DNA of 63,559 nucleotides, the filler included, from Sluysia triapertura (taxonomy: Eukaryota): NCBI GenBank assembly GCA_046118255.1. It is 5 parts of 5 records of this genome, joined end to end, with 100 filler letters (N's around TTAATTAATTAA, not from the genome) between each part and the next. Parts side by side here need not be neighbours in the genome. Positions count along the whole stretch, not along the records: positions 52,090 to 63,559 come from JBJNIA010184413.1; 4 more parts are not named here. The stretch is one strand, 5' to 3'. How positions within the stretch are numbered: the stretch's first letter is position 1; every line of letters begins with the position of its first letter. The position numbers and the translations under genes are program-made. Below, piece after piece: positions 56,390 through 63,559 of this stretch. Under the pieces are notes generated by a model, which worked only from the letters and a program-made list of their open reading frames with translations, was not told where the DNA came from and searched no databases.

Positions 56390-58095
56390 AATTTTCTCAT
56401 AATAGTTACATATTCTGGTATATCTAAATATTGTGATGTAGGTGGCACCCAATCTAAGTCTACCGGCATGTTATAATGTCGGCCATACATATGAAAAAAT
56501 GGAGTAAAGTTGGTTGCTGGTTAAACCGAGCTGCGATAAGCAAATAAGCATGGTGCTATATGAAAATCCCAATCATTGTGCCTTTCATTTACATATGATT
56601 GAAGCATATTCATTAATGTGCGATTAAATATTTCTATCAATCCGTCGGTTTGAGGATGGTAGGGTGACGTATAAATTCTTAATATATTAAAGATTTTCGC
56701 AATCGATTTAATTACATCACTTATGAAATGGGTACCTTGGTCGGTAAGTAGTTTTCTTGGCGTTCCGTATCTATAGATAATTTTTTCTACTAATATTTGA
56801 GCTACAGTTTCGGCTTTTTGGTTCAGCATTGGATATACCTCAGGCCATTTTGTCAGATAATTCATAAATACTATGATGCATTTATTTCCCGTTATTGTTT
56901 TCGGAATCGGGCCCATAATGTCCATTGCCGTGAATTTCATAGGTGACACTTTTGTTTTCTGTCCTGTATTTTCGCAATTTTTACACCAAGTCTTAATGCC
57001 ATCCATATTTTCCCAGTATTTATTTTTTATCATAGAGAATGTTTTCCTAGCTGATAGATGTCTTCCTAGTTGTCCATCATGGAACTGAATTAATATTGGT
57101 ATAACTAGTGATTGGGGAATAATTCTCCTTTTGTATTTTTGAATTTTAAAACGCCATCTGTAATTGCAGGTCTTTTTGCTTGTTTATCATTTAGAGTTAC
57201 TTTTGCCATTACGTCAAGTATGAATTAAATATCCTTATCGTCCTTTGATGTTTAACGATTTCCTTGGGATTTTCAATCTTTCCCGAAATAGTCATAATTT
57301 GTGTCAAACTTATATTATCCTTTTCGTCTGTTTTAGTTAGTCTGAACATGCAGTCAGCTCCACTATTTTGTTTTCCGGGTTTGTAAACAATTTCTAAATC
57401 GAATTCGGGCAATTTTGTAAACTACTTATTTCATCCATATGATTGTATAAGTATGTCATAAGTTTACTTTTTGTCCTAAATAGTTTACAAGCATAAACAT
57501 TCCCTTTTTATTGTTGAATAATTTATTTCAGCCTTATTTAGTCTCCGACTGGCGTACGCTATAACTCCTAGATTATTATGATCTTTTTGTCCTAAAATTG
57601 CGCCAATCGCTTAATTACTTGCATCTGTGGTTAATATAAACGGTTTGTTAACATCAGGAAAAATTAGCATTGGAGTGGTTGTAAGTTTCTCTTTTAAAAG
57701 TAAAAATGTTTTGTTTTGATTGTCAGTCCATTCGAATTTTACAGCCTTTTTAGTGAGCTTTCTTAAAGTATTTTACGAATCTTCGATAATAATTATCAAG
57801 TCCTAGAAAGCTCTAAACTCTTTATGTTGTCTGGTTTTGGAAATTTAACCACTTTTTCTATGTTTCTTGGATTTGGTTTAATACCTTATGACACAATATG
57901 TCCTAAAAATTCGACTTGCTGTTAAGCCCATACACATTTTGTGAGTTTTATTTTTAATTTGGCTACTTCTAATCTTTTTAAAATATTATCAGTATCCCTT
58001 AAGTGTGTTTCAAAATCTTTCGAGAAAATTATTGTTATTTATGTAGACCACGACATTTTTACAACCTGATGGAACGAAATTCATGCATCGCTGGT
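56390..58095 (-). mobile_element. Second Ty3/Gypsy pol remnant (RT C-half, RNase H, integrase)
   Basis: QRCMN...VVY(INN)..IFSKDFETHL; VEFLGHIVS; FLGL; FILTTDAS..AIGAIL; YKPGKQN..AD; MDIMGP, KWPE, TDQG, YHPQTDGL.E.FNRTL, FAYRSS. Confidence 0.93.
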
Positions 58096-60539
58096 GTGCA
58101 TGTTAGGATCATTCGATTTTGTAATTAGTTCATCTTTGTAATTAGTTTTCGTAGATTATCTTAGCCATGATCTTGTGTTTTTATGATATTCATGAACCCT
58201 TATACTTACTGTGGTTTCGATACTTACCTCATGTTTTAATTTTGATGAAACGTGATACATTTTGAGGCTAGGATTTGCGAAATGTTTTGATATGATTAGA
58301 AATTAGGTCTGACATAAGTATTGAGTATGAAATGTTAGGCCAAGTGGATTTAATTAACTTTGAACTAGTCTCATTTGTGTTAACATTTTTGAAAGGAGAC
58401 TAATGTCTCTGTTATTTATGAGGTAATTGATAATGCCTTTCATTTCCATAGTATACAAATGAAAACCTTGGTGTAATTTAAAATCACTTTTCAGAGTGTG
58501 AAAACATAAAACGTAAATATACAACACAAATTAATCTTTTCTTTCTCATTTTTTTATTAAATGTATTTAATATTGTTTGTATATCTTTCATGTTTGATCT
58601 TAAACATAAGAAAACCTCTTCGTTACTCTTTCCCTCGTTATGATTAAATTATAATTCATTTTTGACTTTCGGGTAGAGTTTAGATCCCTAGTTTAGATCT
58701 CATTAAGCTTATATTTAATTCCTCATAATTATTATTAAATTTAATTTTGCCAATGGGGTTAAGATCTACTCAAAAAAGAAAGATAATAAAAGATTGGATC
58801 AATTATAATACGCATAAAATTTCAAAATGCACAATAATAAAATTTAAGATACTAAAAAGTTTATAAGAAATGCTGATCAACATGCATGAACTGTTCCAGG
58901 TTCTTCGTAGGATTAAAATTTTTCATGGAAAGTTGATTAATTTATCTCGATAAGGATCAAGTTTTGACATGTTAAAATAAACATAATCCTTAGTACGGCT
59001 TTTCATCATCTTAGATCCGTGCTAACTTTTCGTACACGTAATTATAAAAGCGTAAATTTGTGTTGGTGTTTGTGTAAAAGGCCTTGCGCGGCTTGAATTT
59101 CATCTTACAAAATAAATTGATTATATATGAGTCAACCTACCATTCGTGTTACGACTAATCCGTAGGACTTTTAATAATTACGAATATAGAATAAGGCTAT
59201 CGAAGTCAATTACGAAATAAAATCACGTTTATTATTACTTCGAATTAATTGTAAATATTAAATTACAAATACCTTTGATTCGAAATATGCTTCAGAGTGA
59301 GGTTAAATTAGTTTAAACCTTAAGATCTTGTGCAATTCAGCTTCCACTGGATAACGAGTTTACTAAGGTTCTTTGTAAATAGAACCTGTAAAAAAGGTAT
59401 GATTTTAAATAAAAAGCAACTTAGTGCTACTGATTTTAATAAAAATTACGACTATATAAGTTGTGATAAGTTACTGTTGATCTATTTTAAAAAGATAAAA
59501 TAAAGGATATTTTTATATGGTTACTTCGATGATCAGAATAATTATTATAAAAATGTTAAGATTATTATTATAAAATAACGTTTTAATTTAAAAGTTTATA
59601 GTAACCTTTGATTAAATGATTAACTCATAATTTATTTATGAAAATCTTCACTACAATTAAAATCATGAAAAAAAACTTAATGGAATAAAACTAACGATTC
59701 AGAAGCTGTGAAGTAGCAGTAATCCTCTGAATGAATTATGTATTCTGCAAAAATTATTCTTTAACTGTCGAAATATTATTCGAAGAATGGTTGTTTTGAA
59801 ATTGAGTTATCAACGACAAAATGATGAAATAATTCTTGTCAAAAACAATTGTTAACAAACTAATTGAGTTAAAATAACAGAGTTAAAATTATTGTGTTAA
59901 GATGATTGAGAGAAATAAAATTGTGTTCTAATAGTTGAGAAAAATCACTTTTATACTAATTTTATGTTTTTTGACCCTAAAAGGTCTATTAAATGATTCA
60001 TTAAGCTATTAAGTATTTCTGATATTAAAGTACATTATTTTAGACAATTAAATTATAGTTTTAATAATAATATTTTTGAAAGAATTTTCTTAATTAAATT
60101 GTTTGGTAATTAATATATTATTTCATAATCATTATTATTACACAAATATAATGATAAATACGCATAATAATAAATACAAATATTAAATCAATATAAAAAT
60201 CCTGAATAAAACACTATTTACATAATCAAATGATACATAATTAAATAATTTCAACAAACATAACATTTCAATGTGAACTTAAATTTTTGTATCTAACATT
60301 GTAGTTTAGTTGATTGGATTGAAATTTTCAACAGGAAAAGAATTGACATTAATGTATTATGACATCTATTGACATTGTGTAGAATCTCTAAGTAAGCTGA
60401 ACTTTGATGAAGGTACTGTATCACGACTTAGTTTTGGTAATTGTTTATTTTTCATTAATAAAATGACTGGAAGCAGCCTGATTATAAGTTTAATTTATGT
60501 GTTTATGTTTTTATAAATGACACAATTCGCATTGAGTTT

Positions 60540-60830
60540 GAAATGTTGATGTATTGTTTGAATTATGAATTATGAATTGTTTGTGTGGCGTGGTGCCACG
60601 GAATTAAGATGCCGAAGTACTTTAAGATTAATATGTCTGCATGTATCCGAATGACATTTGTTGGATAATAAGTGTTTAGAAGCGTTGACATTGTAGTTGT
60701 GAATGCATGAAAAGGAATTGGTTTATGATAAATGTTGCTAAGATTAAGAATATGCAGTATACCGAATGATGAAATCACCAAGAAGTCAATATGTTTCAGC
60801 TTCTTATTAAGATAGGACGCGAATATATTA
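60540..60830 (-). mobile_element. Degraded L2/CR1-like RT core fragment
   Basis: GILHILNLSNIYHKPI...IHADILI resembles LGP.LFNIY..P....YADD..I. Confidence 0.45.
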
Positions 60831-61001
60831 GTTAGGAGACAAGCGCATACTTACCAAGGAAACTTATAATTGTAATTTTCACATATTTATGCTTAATTTT
60901 GTGTTTAGTTTCAAAAGATTTAACATTAGGTCGTATAAAATTTAAACAATTAATATTATTAGTGTTGTAAAATTCATCTTTTATACTGTTAACCGTTTCA
61001 C

Positions 61002-61240
61002 TTAACCTTTATCGTACGAATGGTTAATATATTAACCACTGTTTGTACTCGTTTGCCGAATTATAGGAATATAGAAAATTCCATTCTCTTTAATTTCGTT
61101 TTTGTTTCATAAATCTAGTGTAAATAGTACGTGAGCTATGTTATTTTAAGTAAGTATTTGCACCTGATCACACCTTTTGCAAATTAATTCCGTCCGGCAG
61201 GTAATACAAATCAATATAAGTAGCGTACGATAAAGGTTAA
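61002..61240. mobile_element. piggyBac-type MITE (TTAA TSD, 13-bp perfect TIR CCTTTATCGTACG)
   Basis: TTAA-CCTTTATCGTACG (61002-61018) and CGTACGATAAAGG-TTAA (61224-61240). Element 61006-61236, non-coding. Confidence 0.9.
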
Positions 61241-62022
61241 ATATATGGTGTGAATAAGTCTAAAAATACATTTAGAGATGATGTGCAGCAAATTAAAGAT
61301 TGAGTTCGTAAATTCAAATCTTCGTAATTAATGAGTAAATGATATAAATTATTAAAGTAATATCGTGGAATGCATAAAAATGGAAAGATATTGTTACCTT
61401 AGAAACACTTTCTGGTTAAAATATTTGAAGATTAATCTAAAATAAAGCAAGGAGTCGAAATGTTTTCCAGTAAATGTAACCAAATTATATGAAAAAATTG
61501 TGTTCATAGGTTTTGTAGTTATATAGAAATATGTTTACATATTGGCTACTTTAATAAAAATTATTTTTTTCTCATTTATTGTTATACTGTGAGTCTAAAA
61601 AACCAAATTTATTGTAAAATTTTCAAAATATTAAAATGTTGAGAACATTATATTTAAGATGGTTTTGATTGTCTTTAAAAAGCATTATTTAATAAAGTAT
61701 TTATTTACCCCCGAACGAATATATAAGAACCTTGAAAATTATTGAAATACAAAGTTTATAATTATTTATTGATTATAATTATCTATTTAAATTGTATGAG
61801 CACTTATTACTTAACTCACAAGATTCATATTTAGATTTTTACTGAATTTAACTGAAACTTTAGGAATATTTTTAAAATTCAATAAAAACTATTGTTATAT
61901 AAATTTATAATAATAAAATAGAGCAAAGTAAAATATTTTTCACTCTTATTTTAGCTTTAGAAAAATTGCTTTTATTGAATTAAGAAAGTAATATCTAATA
62001 TTTTATATTTTATATTATTCAG

Positions 62023-62213
62023 GGAGAAAATCGTTACATTGAGTCATTATGTCAAACGATATTGTCTGTGGAAGAAATACTTAATGTTCTCAATCATCCA
62101 GAAATAGCCAACCATCTAAAAAGACCATTTTTAAAGTATCTTATGTTTGCTTATTTAAAGAAACCATCATCTAAAGAAACAGACAGTTCGACAGCAGAAA
62201 TACTTAAAGAAAA
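62023..62213 (+). CDS. Internal coding exon of a divergent inositol 1,4,5-trisphosphate receptor-like channel
   Basis: ttcag|GGA...AA|gtaaaa; open 63 codons GENRYIESLCQTILSVEEILNVLNHPEIANHLKRPFLKYLMFAYL..., aligning by eye to ITPR [45 protein letters not shown]. Confidence 0.8.
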
Positions 62214-63071
62214 GTAAAACTTTTATTTTTACAATGTATTATAATTTAACAATAATAAATTCATTCATTGTAAATAAGAAATTGTTTCTTATTTAAGTAT
62301 TATGTTTATATTAAACTGTAATGTATTAAATCATGTTTAATCTTTATATTATTCAGTAGAAAATTGTTTAAATTAATAGTTTTGGATTTTTAGAAATATT
62401 TATACAATAACCAGGTACAAAGTAAAAAATATCTATTTTTATAGCTTTCAAATTTTCAATAAATCACTGCTTTGCATGTCGTATTAGTTAGATAATGCAG
62501 TGTAATATATTTTGATCGAACTGTTTAGATAATTATATTTATTACTAATATTTGATGCAATATAACAACAACAACAATAATAATAATCATAATCATAATC
62601 ATCATCATCATCATCATCAAGAAATCAGATTAAATCATTATTATAATTATTATTAATACAGTTATTATCAAATTCATAACACATTAATGAATACTATTTC
62701 TATAATTGCTCTAAATATTGTTTACCTCCAATTAGTTTTCATATTTTTTTGGCCTCTTAAACTTAGCTTTTAGTTTAATGTTACAACAAATTCAATTTGT
62801 ACAAATTTGTACAAATAATTTAGGCCAAATTATTAGACTAAAGACCATTTTTCAAAATTCAACAAGGATACTACAAAACTATTAATCAAAAGTGTATAAA
62901 TACGTGCCATTTACCGACAGTTGTCACGGAAGATGTAAAATGTTGGAAAATAACTATTTTCTCCAAAAAAATTTTGGTGAAAGTAAAATAGTAGATAAAA
63001 ATACTGGGATCAAAAACGTAAAGAAATTTTATTCATGAACACTGATAACATAATTTACTACAAATCAAATA

Positions 63072-63300
63072 TCAGTAGTTTGTTTGTCCTCTTTTGTTAT
63101 CCAATAATTTCCTGATCTTTAAATGCATGCCATGAATGAGCTTTGGGCACAAATCTTTGATCTCGTCATCGTGATGCCATACTTTTTTCAGGCTTTCAAT
63201 AAGTTTCGTCCTGGTGGTTTGTTTTGACAATCTTCCACAGATCTTCCATGGGATTCATGTCTGAAGAGTTTCCAAGCCAGAGTAGCATCTTAACACCGTG
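63072..63300 (-). mobile_element. Tc1-like transposase C-terminal fragment
   Basis: WLGNSSDMNPMEDLWKIVK (cf. WP.NSPDLNPIENLW), then TKLIESLKKVW...LIHGM..KI..LLDNKRGQTNY*. Confidence 0.88.
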
Positions 63301-63559
63301 AACACTGCAAGGTGATCTCCTCTTATGCAAAATAGATCTGGAGTCCGTCCGACTAACTAGGCATGATTTATATCAAAAGATGACGTCCTAATTAGATTTA
63401 AAAAAAATAATTAAACAGAGTTTAAAAGACTAATCTAAATGACTTAACTAGTTCCTTAAAAATTATAGTATAGTAAATGAGTAACTCTTAACGTACTTGG
63501 TTAAACCAGCCTTCGTACGGTCTGGTCAATAATAATATATATTAGGCTTTAAACCAGCC

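Noticed and set aside
59272-59386. Minus-strand exon candidate with good splice sites
   Set aside because: Stop codons in all three frames and no recognisable motif.

Overview
Very AT-rich, repeat-dominated eukaryotic (invertebrate animal, probably protostome) genomic DNA with no intact prokaryote-style genes. The window is five segments joined by identical artificial 100-nt spacers (44 N + TTAATTAATTAA + 44 N), plus one ordinary 186-N gap, so adjacency across spacers is not trustworthy. Two clean host exons are recognisable: a 103-nt NDR/tricornered (STK38-family) kinase exon (32530-32632, +) and a 191-nt divergent IP3-receptor-like exon (62023-62213, +). The rest is decayed mobile DNA: two larger Ty3/Gypsy remnants and two integrase fragments, L2/CR1-type LINE pieces, R2/NeSL-like pieces, mariner and Tc1 remnants, pogo-like and piggyBac-like MITEs, tRNA-derived SINE heads and probable Polinton/Maverick pPolB remnants. 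The most interesting items are (i) a decayed, highly divergent Roquin-like gene (ROQ + HEPN-C) followed by what looks like a tandem CCCH zinc-finger array, with a perfect 17-bp hairpin at its 5' edge, (ii) a RING-H2 + NLS-like reading frame just downstream of a Gypsy integrase on the same strand, and (iii) a multi-copy gene-like unit of unknown family with short introns. All protein similarities were judged by eye against remembered family motifs; no database search was run.
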